The position numbers and the translations under genes were made by a program. From positions 1 through 64,000 of the forward strand of contig CBFFRQ010000054.1 of the NCBI GenBank assembly GCA_965644315.1: 64,000 nt of DNA, in the 5' to 3' direction. This document shows, in pieces, positions 50,110 to 59,742 of this stretch. The number at the start of each line of letters is the position of its first letter. Position 1 is the stretch's first letter. The notes beneath the pieces were generated by a model. The model was not told the origin of the DNA. It saw only the letters and a list, made by a program, of their open reading frames with translations, and ran no database searches. This stretch comes from Caecitellus pseudoparvulus (Eukaryota > Protista > Bigyra: Bicosoecida).

Positions 50110-50295
50110 GCCAAGGGATGCCTCTCATACCCATCGAGGTGCCCGAGTCAGTCCCGCGCTCACTGCACCCAACGTGCTGACCCAGCAGCCCCCCTCGCGA
50201 GGGCCGGTTGAGCACATTGGGGTCATGTGTGTGGGTGGGTCGAGCGTTGACAAGGATGACCAAGCTCTTGACTTGAGCCTGCCAACTGCACTCAA
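50110..50295. repeat. ~185-bp direct repeat, copy 2; lies immediately 3' of the last ankyrin gene
   Basis: Aligns with 47549-47735 and contains the palindrome ccctcgcgaggg. Confidence 0.93.
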
Positions 50296-50310
50296 AAGCA
50301 CCCGGCCCCA

Positions 50311-52308
50311 CTAGCCCATTGCAGCTGCCCGCAGCAGCAGCATGCCACGCCGACCCTGTCGGGTGCTGGTACCGTGCCAGACAGAGTCTTTGGCAGGCTG
50401 CATAGCCACTTCACCCGCCCTCAGCCGTGCCTGAAGGGGAATGGATCGATGCCCAGTGAGGCCCAGCAGCTCGCGCACAATACCTGGATACCCTTCACTG
50501 CATGCCAGGTGAAAGCCGGCGTCAGGCTTACCCCGTGATTCGGCATGCACATCCACTTCGCGGTCATCCGTCAGGGTAAGAAGCTCCCGCACCACTCCGG
50601 CGTGCCCGTTCGCACAGGCAAGCCGGAACCCAGCCTCAGACCCGTTCCAGTCTCTTGCGTGGACATTTACTGCCCGACCAGCACCCAGGGCGAGCAGCTC
50701 CTTCACCACTGCAAGATGGCCGCGATGGCAAGCCGCCCGAAAGCCGGCATCTGGCCCTCCACTGCCACCGGCATGCACGTCTACTGCTCTTGCACCGGTC
50801 AAGGCCAACAGCTCGCGCACAACAGGCGTGCGGCCATGCATGCACGCCAGTCGAAACCCAGCTTCTGGGCCTTCAGAGTCGGCTGCGTGCACGTCAATGG
50901 CACGGTCAACGGGCAGGGCGAGCAGCTCTTGCAAGACGCCAACGTGGCCACATCGGCACGCAACAAGGAAGCCGGCCTCGAAAATGAGGCCCCCTCCCAT
51001 TGAACGCGGGCCAGTCAGCGCAAGGAGCTCTCGGACAACAGCAGTGTAGCCTTGCTGGCATGCCACTTTGAAGCCGTAGTCATCCTGGACGTGCACGTCC
51101 ACTGCCCGCCTGCCTCGCACGGCCAGGAGTTCCCGCACAATACCCGCATGGCCGAACCTGCAGGCACTGCGAAACGCAGCTTCAGGGCCATGCCTATCTC
51201 CAGCACGCACCTTGGCTTTGCGTCGCCTAGTGAGGGCGAGCAGCTCTGACACGACAGCCAAGTGACCCTTCACGCAGGCCACGCGCAGGCCAGCCTCTGG
51301 CCCAGCCTTGTCAGGAGCGTGCACATCCACTGCCCGGTCACCTGTCAGGCTCAGTAAAGCGCGCACAACGTCAGCATGACCATGTTGACAAGCTTGCCGG
51401 AAGCCAGCCTCTGGGCCGTCGCCATCTGCCGCGTGCACGTCGACTTCCCTCGCCCCGCCCAGCCCCAACAGCTCCTGCACCACAGCTGTGTGGCCTTCTC
51501 GGCAGGCCCAGCGAAAGGCAGCTTCTGATCCAGCAGCATCCATCGCATGCACATCCACCGCTTGATGCCCACACAAGGCCAGGAGTTCGCGTAGTACCTC
51601 CAAGTGCCCGCCCCCAGCCGCCCATCGAACACAGGCGTCTCCATCGACGTGCACATCCACTGCTCGAGGCCCAGTGAGGGCCAGGAGCTGCCGCACCGCC
51701 TCCAAGTGCCCACCAACGCATGCTGATCGGAAAGCCCCTTCCTGATTTGCATACACATCCACCTCGCGGTGCCCGGTAAGGGCCAGCAGCACGCGCACGA
51801 CATCCGTGTGACCATGCTCACATGCCAGACGGAAGGCAGCCTCAGGCCCGCAGGAATCACGCGCATGCACATCTACAGTCCGGTCCCCGCTCAGGGCAAG
51901 GAGTTCACGGACAACGTCAACGTGGCCGTGGGCGCAGGCCACCCGAAAGGCGTCTTCCCCCGCTGCGTGAACGTCCACCTCTCTGCTGCCACTCAATGCC
52001 AGGAGCTCGCGCACGACATCAGCGTGACCGCCCATGCAAGCCATGCGAAATCCCGCTTCTTCTAGGGCGTGGACATCCACTGCATGCCCCCCTTCGAGCG
52101 CCAGCAGCTCCAGAAGCAGTCCCACGTGCCCCGCTCTGCAAGCAGCCCAAAACCCTTGCAAGCAGTTTCTCCCGGTCAAGCAGCTCAAGACTGCCACTTG
52201 GCCATCGTCACGAGGCCGCAGAAGCTGTAACAGAGCATCTGCATCTGAACGACTGCATGCTGCTGTCCAATCTGCCACTACTGAAGCCTCGGTGCTCTGC
52301 GCAGCCAT
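50311..52308 (-). CDS. Ankyrin-repeat array gene 1 (16 repeats)
   Basis: Repeated VDVHA..E.(G/A)FR.AC..GH..VVRELLAL.G.R; shared C-cap QPAKDSVW.GT..RQGR..MLLLR. Confidence 0.92.
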   Translation of the reverse strand: MAAQSTEASVVADWTAACSRSDADALLQLLRPRDDGQVAVLSCLTGRNCLQGFWAACRAGHVGLLLELLALEGGHAVDVHALEEAGFRMACMGGHADVVRELLALSGSREVDVHAAGEDAFRVACAHGHVDVVRELLALSGDRTVDVHARDSCGPEAAFRLACEHGHTDVVRVLLALTGHREVDVYANQEGAFRSACVGGHLEAVRQLLALTGPRAVDVHVDGDACVRWAAGGGHLEVLRELLALCGHQAVDVHAMDAAGSEAAFRWACREGHTAVVQELLGLGGAREVDVHAADGDGPEAGFRQACQHGHADVVRALLSLTGDRAVDVHAPDKAGPEAGLRVACVKGHLAVVSELLALTRRRKAKVRAGDRHGPEAAFRSACRFGHAGIVRELLAVRGRRAVDVHVQDDYGFKVACQQGYTAVVRELLALTGPRSMGGGLIFEAGFLVACRCGHVGVLQELLALPVDRAIDVHAADSEGPEAGFRLACMHGRTPVVRELLALTGARAVDVHAGGSGGPDAGFRAACHRGHLAVVKELLALGAGRAVNVHARDWNGSEAGFRLACANGHAGVVRELLTLTDDREVDVHAESRGKPDAGFHLACSEGYPGIVRELLGLTGHRSIPLQARLRAGEVAMQPAKDSVWHGTSTRQGRRGMLLLRAAAMG

Positions 52309-52331
52309 GGCGTGGTGGGGTCAGATTCCGC
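52304..52331 (-). promoter_or_regulatory. Near-invariant start-proximal motif TGCGGAATCTGA(G/C/A)CCCACCA(C/G)(G/A)CCATGGC, representative copy; present at all 8 ankyrin genes
   Basis: On the + strand, gccatggcgtggtggg(g/c)tcagattccgca or a 1-2 nt variant occurs at the ATG of every array gene (52308, 53613, 54918, 56465, 57602, 59487, 60816, 61997). Confidence 0.75.
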
Positions 52332-52581
52332 AACCTGCACTTGACGCACAGCGCCCTCCGCTGTCCTGCTCAGTCTGGCAATGGCAGAAGATCCACCTGC
52401 CCCACAAGCGTGACTTTGTCCTGTATATGCATGATTGAATTTGGACTGCGCTCCGAACTGCATCCCTCTGAATGGCGCAGGCTACGTGCAGAAAGCAGGC
52501 AAGTGAGTAACCACCTGGCTCATGGCTCGCTGCCAGCTGTGCCAGGCCAGCAAGGGCCCCAACTTGCGTGCGGCTGGAGGC

Positions 52582-53613
52582 TCAGGCACGGCGGGCAGTC
52601 CGCAGCAGCAGCATGGCACACCGGCCTTGCCGAGTGCACGTGCCGTGCCAGACCGCATCTTTGGCAGGCTGCACAGCCACGTCTCCAGCAGCAAGGCGAG
52701 TTTGTCGCGGAATGGCTCGATGGCCAGTGAGGCCCAGCAGCTCACGCATGAGAGACACACGCTCCATACTGCATGCACCGCGGAATGCGTGGTCTGGCCT
52801 TCCCCACGCACAAGCATGCACATCTACTTCCCGATGCCCGCTCAGCTTGAGCAGCTCACGTACCACATCCACGTGTCCATTTCGACAGGCTTGTTGAAAG
52901 GCATGCTCAGCCTCACCAATAGGTCCTGCGTGCACATCCACTTCGCGTTCGCCGGTCAGGGCCAGCAGCTCCCGCACAACATTCACACGCCCAAGTGCAC
53001 ATGCAAGTCGGAAGGCAGCCTCGGGCACGCCTTTGGACGGGGCATGCACATCTATTTCTCGATCACCAGACAGAGCCAGCAGCTCACGCACCACAGCCAC
53101 TTTTCCATTCTGACAGGCGAGCCGGAAGGCATGGTTTGAGTCGCCCCTGAACCCCGCGTGCACGTCCACTTCACGGTGTCCGGTCAAGGCCAGCAGCTCT
53201 CGTACCACATCCACGTGTCCATTGCAGCAGGCAAACCGGAAGCCTTGCTCAGGCTCGCCTTCTGGCCCAGCATGCACATTCACTGCACGGTGCCCAGTCA
53301 GAGCAAGCAGCTCACGTAGCACATCCACGTGGCCGCAGACACACGCATCCCGAAAGCCGCGCTCATTCTCGGCGTGCACATCCACGGCCTTCTTCCCCCC
53401 CACCTTCAGCAGCTCACGCAGCAGTCCAACATGCCCCATCCGACAAGCAAGCAGAAAGCCAGCCGTAATGTCGCCACTTAAAAGCGCCCTCAGCACTGAT
53501 GCTTGGCCATGGACGGACGCTTGCAGCATGTCCATCAGCACGGTCGCCCGATGCTGGTCACATGCAGCCCTCCACTGCCCCAGAATCTCCACCCCAGCGC
53601 CCTTCGCAGCCAT
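52582..53613 (-). CDS. Ankyrin-repeat array gene 2 (7 repeats)
   Basis: Same repeat consensus and caps; close paralog of gene 3. Confidence 0.92.
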   Translation of the reverse strand: MAAKGAGVEILGQWRAACDQHRATVLMDMLQASVHGQASVLRALLSGDITAGFLLACRMGHVGLLRELLKVGGKKAVDVHAENERGFRDACVCGHVDVLRELLALTGHRAVNVHAGPEGEPEQGFRFACCNGHVDVVRELLALTGHREVDVHAGFRGDSNHAFRLACQNGKVAVVRELLALSGDREIDVHAPSKGVPEAAFRLACALGRVNVVRELLALTGEREVDVHAGPIGEAEHAFQQACRNGHVDVVRELLKLSGHREVDVHACAWGRPDHAFRGACSMERVSLMRELLGLTGHRAIPRQTRLAAGDVAVQPAKDAVWHGTCTRQGRCAMLLLRTARRA

Positions 53614-53886
53614 GGCGTGGTGGGCTCAGATTCCGCAACCCTCGCTCAAGGCAAAGCGCCCCGCTGCACTGACCAGTCTGACAGTGGCAGAAGATACACC
53701 TGCCCCTCAATCATGGCCTGGTCTTGCTCGCTCATGCTTGAATTTAGGCATTGCTCATAACTGCCACCCACTGCCTGGCGTGGTCAATGGCGGAGGGGGA
53801 GGGGCAAGCAAGTGGCGACCTCATACTTGGCTTGTGGCGAGCTGTGCCCCGCGAGTGAGAGTCCATTGCCGTGCATGTCAGTGGAA

Positions 53887-54918
53887 TCAGACATGCCAGG
53901 CAGTCCGCAGCAGCAGCATGGCACGCCGACCCTGCCGGGTGCACGTGCCAGCCCACACCGCATCCTTGGCGGGCTGCACGGCCACCTCTCCAGCGGCATG
54001 GCGTTCTTTCAGTGAGACGGCTCGATGGCCGGTGAGGCCCAGCAGCTCGCGCATGACTGACACGCGCTCCATCCTGCATGCACTACGAAATGCGCCGTAT
54101 GGCCTTCCCCACGAACGTGCATGCACATCTACTTCACGATGCCCGCTCAGCTTCAGCAGCTCCCGCACCACATCCACGCGCCCGTTCTCGCAGGCTTGTT
54201 GGAAGGCATACTCACGCTCACCAGCAGGTCCTGCGTGCACATCCACTTCGCGTTCATCGGTCAGGGCCAGCAGAAGCCGCACAATATCCACACGCCCAAG
54301 TGCGCATGCAAGTTGGAAGGCAGCCTCGGGCACGCCCTTGCACGGGGCATGTACATCAATGGCCCGCTCGCCAGTCAGCGCCAGCAGCTCACGCACCACA
54401 GCCACTTTTCCTTTCTGACAGGCGAGCCTGAAACCATGCTCCGGGTCTCCTCTGAACCCCGTGTGCACGTCCACTTCACGGTGCCCACTCAGAGTTAACA
54501 GCTCTCGCACAACGCCCACATGTCCATAGCAGCAGGCAAACCGGAAGCCTTGCTCAGGCTCGCCCTCAGGCCCTGCATGAACATCCACCTCGCGGTGTCC
54601 AGTCAGCGCCAGCAGCTCACGAAGCACATCCACGTGGCCGCAGACACACGCATCCCGAAAGCCGCGCTCATTCTCGGCGTGCACATCCACGGCCTTCTCC
54701 CCGCCCACCGACAGCATCTCTCGCAATAGCCCAACATGCCCCGTCCGACAAGCAAGCAAAAAGCCAGCCGTGGTGTCGCCACATGATAGCGCCTCCAGAA
54801 CCGATGCTCGACCATGGGCGGACGCTTGCAGGATGTCCATCAGTGTTTCCGCTCGATGCTGGTCACATGCAGCCCTCCACTGCCCCACAATGTCCGCACC
54901 GGCGCCCTTTGCAGCCAT
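53887..54918 (-). CDS. Ankyrin-repeat array gene 3 (7 repeats)
   Basis: Same consensus; C-cap identical to gene 4 except one residue. Confidence 0.92.
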   Translation of the reverse strand: MAAKGAGADIVGQWRAACDQHRAETLMDILQASAHGRASVLEALSCGDTTAGFLLACRTGHVGLLREMLSVGGEKAVDVHAENERGFRDACVCGHVDVLRELLALTGHREVDVHAGPEGEPEQGFRFACCYGHVGVVRELLTLSGHREVDVHTGFRGDPEHGFRLACQKGKVAVVRELLALTGERAIDVHAPCKGVPEAAFQLACALGRVDIVRLLLALTDEREVDVHAGPAGEREYAFQQACENGRVDVVRELLKLSGHREVDVHARSWGRPYGAFRSACRMERVSVMRELLGLTGHRAVSLKERHAAGEVAVQPAKDAVWAGTCTRQGRRAMLLLRTAWHV

Positions 54919-55193
54919 GGCCTGGTGGGCTCAGATTCCGCACCTTGCACTTGACACGAAACACCCCCCGCTGCACTGACCGGTCTGACAGTGGCAGAAG
55001 ATCCACCTGCCCCACAAGCGTAACCTAGTCCTCAATCTGCATGATTGAATTTATACTGCGCCTCAAACTTCATCCCCCTGCCTGGCGTAGTTCGTGGCGG
55101 ACGAAGGATGCCAAGCAAGCGGCGACCTCATACTTGGCTTGTGGCGAGCTGTGCCCCGCGAGTGAGAGTCCATTGCCGTGCATGTCAGTGGAA

Positions 55194-56465
55194 TCAGACA
55201 TGCCAGGCAGTCCGCAGCAGCAGCATGGCACAGCGACCCTGCCGGGTGCACGTGCCAGCCCACACCGCATCCTTGGCTGGCTGCACGGCCACTTCTCCAG
55301 CGGCATGGCGTTCTTTCAGTGAGACGGCTCGATGGCCGGTGAGGCCCAGCAGCTCGCGCACCACATCTTCATGACCTTTCTTCCAAGCAAGTCGGAAGCC
55401 AGCTTCGGGGTTTCCATCGAACGGTGCATGGACATCAACTTCACGAGCGCCGTTCAGACATAGCAGCTCCCGCACCACACCCACGCGCCCCTTGCGGCAG
55501 GCGAGACGGAAGCCTGCCTCAGGATTCCCATGAAACGCTGCATGAACATCTACCTCACGATGTCCGGTCAGCGCCAGAAGCTCCCGCACCACACCCAAGT
55601 GCCCTCCCCCACAGGCAAGTCGGAAGCCAGCCTCATGCCCATACTGATCCCCAGCATGCACATCGACCGCCCGATCACCCGTCAGTGCTAGCAGTGCGCG
55701 CACCACATCCAGGTGCCCATTGTGACAGGCGAGTCGGAGGCCTGCTTCAGGGTTTCCATTGAACGGCGCATGGACATCAACTTCACGATGCCCGCCCAGC
55801 GCCAGAAGCTCACGTACCACATCCACATGTCCATTGCGACAGGCACCTCGGAAGCCAGCCTCACGCCCATACGGATCCCCAGCATGCACATCCACGTATC
55901 GATGATCTGTCAGTGCCAGCAGCTCCCGCACCACATCCACATGCCCCTTGCGACAGGCAAGTCGAAAGCCGTACTCTGGCTCGTCTTCAGGCCCAGCATG
56001 TACATCCACCCGACGAGTACCGCCCAGCGCCAGTAGCTCTCGCACCACATCCAAGTGTCCATTTTCACAGGCAAGTATAAAGCCATACTCAGGGTTTCCC
56101 CCGCCCCAAACATGTACATCTACTTCTCGATCACCTGTCAACGACAACAGCTCGCGCACCACTTGCACATGCCCGTGCTCGCAGGCAGCTAGAAAGCCAG
56201 CCTCAGACCCGTATGGATCGCCCGCATGCACATTCACCGCACCTTCTCCAGCCAGCCCAAGCAGCTCGCGCAGCAGCCCAACGTGCCCCGACCGGCAAGC
56301 AACAAGGAAGCCAGCCGTCGTCTCGACACTTGACAGCGCCTCCAGGAGTGGCGTCTCTTCCTGGTCGGACCCCTGCACCATTTTCAGCAGCTCAGCTGCC
56401 TGCTCAGCATCACATGCAGCCTTCCATCGCGCCACCACCAACTGTCTATCGCCCTCATCAGCCAT
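55194..56465 (-). CDS. Ankyrin-repeat array gene 4 (9 repeats)
   Basis: N-terminal ~200 aa nearly identical to gene 6; C-cap as in gene 3. Confidence 0.92.
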   Translation of the reverse strand: MADEGDRQLVVARWKAACDAEQAAELLKMVQGSDQEETPLLEALSSVETTAGFLVACRSGHVGLLRELLGLAGEGAVNVHAGDPYGSEAGFLAACEHGHVQVVRELLSLTGDREVDVHVWGGGNPEYGFILACENGHLDVVRELLALGGTRRVDVHAGPEDEPEYGFRLACRKGHVDVVRELLALTDHRYVDVHAGDPYGREAGFRGACRNGHVDVVRELLALGGHREVDVHAPFNGNPEAGLRLACHNGHLDVVRALLALTGDRAVDVHAGDQYGHEAGFRLACGGGHLGVVRELLALTGHREVDVHAAFHGNPEAGFRLACRKGRVGVVRELLCLNGAREVDVHAPFDGNPEAGFRLAWKKGHEDVVRELLGLTGHRAVSLKERHAAGEVAVQPAKDAVWAGTCTRQGRCAMLLLRTAWHV

Positions 56466-56830
56466 GGCGTGGTGGGGTCAGATTCCGCAACCTGCACTTG
56501 ACGCACAACGCACTCCGCTGTCCAGCTCAGTCTGGCAATGGCAGAGGATCCACCTGCCCCACGAGCACCAACCTGTCCTGTGAACACATGATTGAATTTA
56601 GGCTTCGCTCCCAACTGGATCCCTGTGACTGGCGCCAGGCAAGGAGAATCCATCCCACCCTTGGCTCGCTGCCATCTGTGCACGGAGAGGGGCAGATCCA
56701 GGCCTTGACTGTCAGTGGGCTCAGACATGCTGGGCTGCCCGCAGCAGCAACATGGCCACGCGGCCTTGCCGGGTGCTTGTGCCAGCCCAGACCGCATCTT
56801 TGGCGGGCTGCACTGCCACCTTTCCAGCGG
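55840..56830. repeat. ~1-kb segmental duplication, second copy at ~58860-59850 (offset 3022 bp)
   Basis: Covers the 5' half of genes 4/6, the whole 255-bp spacer and the 3' end of genes 5/7; near-identical DNA. Confidence 0.9.
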
Positions 56831-57602
56831 CATGGCGTTCTTGCATGGGAATGGCTCGATGGCCGGTGAGGCCCAGCAGCTCACGGAGCACCTGTACATG
56901 CTCCCGACTGCATGCGCTGCAAAATGCTCCGTCTGCCCTTCCCCACGCCCAGGCGTGCACGTCAACTTCACGAGGCCCGCTCAGTGCCAGCAGCTCTTGC
57001 AGAACACCAAGATGGCCACCGTTACATGCAGCCCGCAATGCCCCTTCGTTGTGTGCATGCACGTCCACGGTGCGGCTCCCGCCTAAACTGAGCAGCAGAC
57101 GCACAACCTCCACATGTCCTTTCGTGCACGCCCAACGAAAACCGCACTCGTGCTCAGCATGCACGTCCACCTCTTGCTCCCCAGTCAGCGCAAGCAGCTC
57201 ACGCACCACCTCCAGCTGCCCGTAAGCACACGCCGCCCTGAAGGCGTAGTGATTGTCAGCGCCGACACTAATTGAGCGATCGCCGTCCAGATCCAGGAGC
57301 AGCCGGACGACGTCCAGGAAGCCGCTCTGGCATGCAAACCAGAAACCAAACTCTTCCCTCGCATGAACATCGACTGCAAGATTTCCCTCCAGCGCCAGCA
57401 GCTCGCGCAGCAGCCCAACGTGACCAACCTTGCAAGCAACCAGGAAGCCATCCGTTGTCTCGACGCTTGACAGCGCCTCCAGGAGTGGCGTCTCTTCCTG
57501 GTCGGACCCCTGCACCATTTTCAGCAACTCAGCTGCTTGCTCAGCATCACATGCAGCCTTCCATCGCACTACCACTGACGTACTGTCGCCCACATCAGCC
57601 AT
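56721..57602 (-). CDS. Ankyrin-repeat array gene 5 (6 repeats)
   Basis: Mostly short 34-aa repeats; N-cap shared with gene 7. Confidence 0.92.
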   Translation of the reverse strand: MADVGDSTSVVVRWKAACDAEQAAELLKMVQGSDQEETPLLEALSSVETTDGFLVACKVGHVGLLRELLALEGNLAVDVHAREEFGFWFACQSGFLDVVRLLLDLDGDRSISVGADNHYAFRAACAYGQLEVVRELLALTGEQEVDVHAEHECGFRWACTKGHVEVVRLLLSLGGSRTVDVHAHNEGALRAACNGGHLGVLQELLALSGPREVDVHAWAWGRADGAFCSACSREHVQVLRELLGLTGHRAIPMQERHAAGKVAVQPAKDAVWAGTSTRQGRVAMLLLRAAQHV

Positions 57603-57873
57603 GGCGTGGTGGGCTCAGATTCCGCAACCCGCGCTCAAGGCAAAGCGCCCCCCGCTGCACTGACCAGTCTGACGATGGCAGAAGATACACCCGCCCCTCA
57701 ATCATGGCCTAGTCTTGCTCACTCATGCTTGAATTTAGGCTTTGCTCATAACTGCCACCCACTGCCTGGCGTGGTCAATGGCGGAGGGGGAGGGGCAAGC
57801 AAGTGATCACACTTGGCGTGTGGCAAGCTGTGCCCAGGCCAGAAAGAGGCCCAGGCGGTGATCAGCAGTGAGG

Positions 57874-59487
57874 TCAGACATGCTGGGCTGCCCGCAGCAG
57901 CAACATGGCACACCGGCCTTGCCGGCTGCACGTACCATGCCAGACCGCATCCTTGGCCGGCTGCACAGCCACCTCTCCAGCCTTCAGCCGTGCCTGGAGG
58001 GGGATGGCTCGATGGCCGATGAGACCCAACAGCTCACGGAGCACGTATACATGTCCATTGCGACAGGCAAGTCGAAAGGCATGTTCAGGCACTCCTTTAT
58101 ACCCTGCATGTACGTCCACCTCTCTATGTCCAGAGAGGCCCAGCAGCTCACGCACCACACCGACTTGCCCATTGCGACAGGCGAAGAAGAATCCAGCCTC
58201 AGGCTTCCCGTTCCACCCCGCATGTACATCCACCTCACGATGCCCGCCAAGCGCCAGCAACTCTCTTACCACGTTCAAGTGCCCATTCTGACAAGCGAGG
58301 CGGAAGCCAGCCTCAGGACTACGCTCAGGACCCGCATGCACATCTACCTCACGCTCACCTGTCAGAGCCAGAAGATCTTGTACAATCTCGATGTGACCTT
58401 TGCGACAGGAATCTTGGAACCCAGCCTCTGGCACACCATCACGCCCTGCATGTACATCCACAGCACGGTCGCCCGTCAGAGCCAGCAACTCTCGAACAAC
58501 ATCCAAATGACCATTGCAACAGGCAAGCCGAAAGCCATACTCAGCGTTGCCGGCCAGCCCCGCGTGCACATCCACAAGACGGTCGCCAGAAAGGGCCAGC
58601 AACTCTCGAACAATCTCAGTGTGTCCGTAGAAACAGGCAACTCGAAAACCGTACTCTGGCTCGCCTTTGAACCCTGCATGCACATCCACGGCTCGATGCC
58701 CCGTCAAAGCCAGAAGCTCGCGCACCACTTCCAGGTGCCCGTTCTTGCAGGCATCTAGGAAGCCAGCCTCGGGATCGCCGTTGCAGGCCGCATGCACGTC
58801 GACCGCTCGGTGTCCGCTCAGCGACAGCAGCTCCCGAACCACATAGATGTGCCCATTGCCACAGGCACCTCGGAAGCCAGCCTCACGCCCATACGGATTC
58901 CCAGCATGCACATCCACGGATCGATGACCTGTCAGTGCTAGCAGCTCCCGCACCACATCCACATGCCCCTTGCGACAGGCAAGTCGAAAGCCGTACTCTG
59001 GCTCGTCTTCAGGCCCAGCATGTACATCCACCCGACGAGTACCGCCCAGCGCCAGTAGCTCTCGCACCACATCCAAGTGTCCATTTTCACAGGCAAGTAT
59101 AAAGCCATACTCAGGGTTTCCCCCGCCCCAAACATGTACATCTACTTCTCGGTCGCCTCTCAACGACAACAGCTCGCGCACCACTTGCACATGCCCGTGC
59201 TCGCAGGCAGCTAGAAAGCCAGCCTCAGACCCGTATGGATCGCCCGCATGCACATTCACAGCACCCTCTCCAGCCAACCCAAGTAGTTTACGCAGCAGCC
59301 CAACGTGCCCCGACCGGCAAGCAACAAGGAAGCCAGCCGTCGTCTCGACACTTGACAGCGCCTCCAGGAGTGGCGTCTCTTCCTGGTCGGACCCCTGCAC
59401 CATTTTCAGCAACTCAGCTGCTTGCTCAGCAGCACACGCAGCCTTCCATCGCGCCACCACCGGCTGTCTATCGCCCTCATCAGCCAT
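57874..59487 (-). CDS. Ankyrin-repeat array gene 6 (12 repeats)
   Basis: All long 38-aa repeats; 114 aa (3 x 38) longer than gene 4. Confidence 0.92.
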   Translation of the reverse strand: MADEGDRQPVVARWKAACAAEQAAELLKMVQGSDQEETPLLEALSSVETTAGFLVACRSGHVGLLRKLLGLAGEGAVNVHAGDPYGSEAGFLAACEHGHVQVVRELLSLRGDREVDVHVWGGGNPEYGFILACENGHLDVVRELLALGGTRRVDVHAGPEDEPEYGFRLACRKGHVDVVRELLALTGHRSVDVHAGNPYGREAGFRGACGNGHIYVVRELLSLSGHRAVDVHAACNGDPEAGFLDACKNGHLEVVRELLALTGHRAVDVHAGFKGEPEYGFRVACFYGHTEIVRELLALSGDRLVDVHAGLAGNAEYGFRLACCNGHLDVVRELLALTGDRAVDVHAGRDGVPEAGFQDSCRKGHIEIVQDLLALTGEREVDVHAGPERSPEAGFRLACQNGHLNVVRELLALGGHREVDVHAGWNGKPEAGFFFACRNGQVGVVRELLGLSGHREVDVHAGYKGVPEHAFRLACRNGHVYVLRELLGLIGHRAIPLQARLKAGEVAVQPAKDAVWHGTCSRQGRCAMLLLRAAQHV

Positions 59488-59742
59488 GGCGTGGTGGGGT
59501 CAGATTCCGCAACCTGCACTTGACGCACAACGCACTCCGCTGTCCAGCTCAGTCTGGCAATGGCAGAGGATCCACCTGCCCCACGAGCACCAACCTGTCC
59601 TGTGAACACATGATTGAATTTAGGCTTCGCTCCCAACTGGATCCCTGTGACTGGCGCCAGGCAAGGAGAATCCATCCCACCCTTGGCTCGCTGCCATCTG
59701 TGCACGGCGAGGGGTAGATCCAGGCCTTGACTGGCAGTGGGC

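Noticed and set aside
47549-50295. LTR retrotransposon interpretation of the direct repeats
   Set aside because: No gag, RT or integrase motifs, no target-site duplication and no evident PBS/PPT. Kept only as an unexplained direct-repeat cassette.
50110-50295. SECIS element in the hairpin-forming repeat (prompted by SECISBP2 nearby)
   Set aside because: The ATGA pairs canonically with TCA instead of forming the GA/AG quartet, and the adjacent gene ends in TAG with no in-frame TGA.
52335-52395. Conserved 5'-UTR intron in ankyrin spacers (CAG|GTGGAT...GTGCAG)
   Set aside because: The acceptor YAG is not preserved across all copies.
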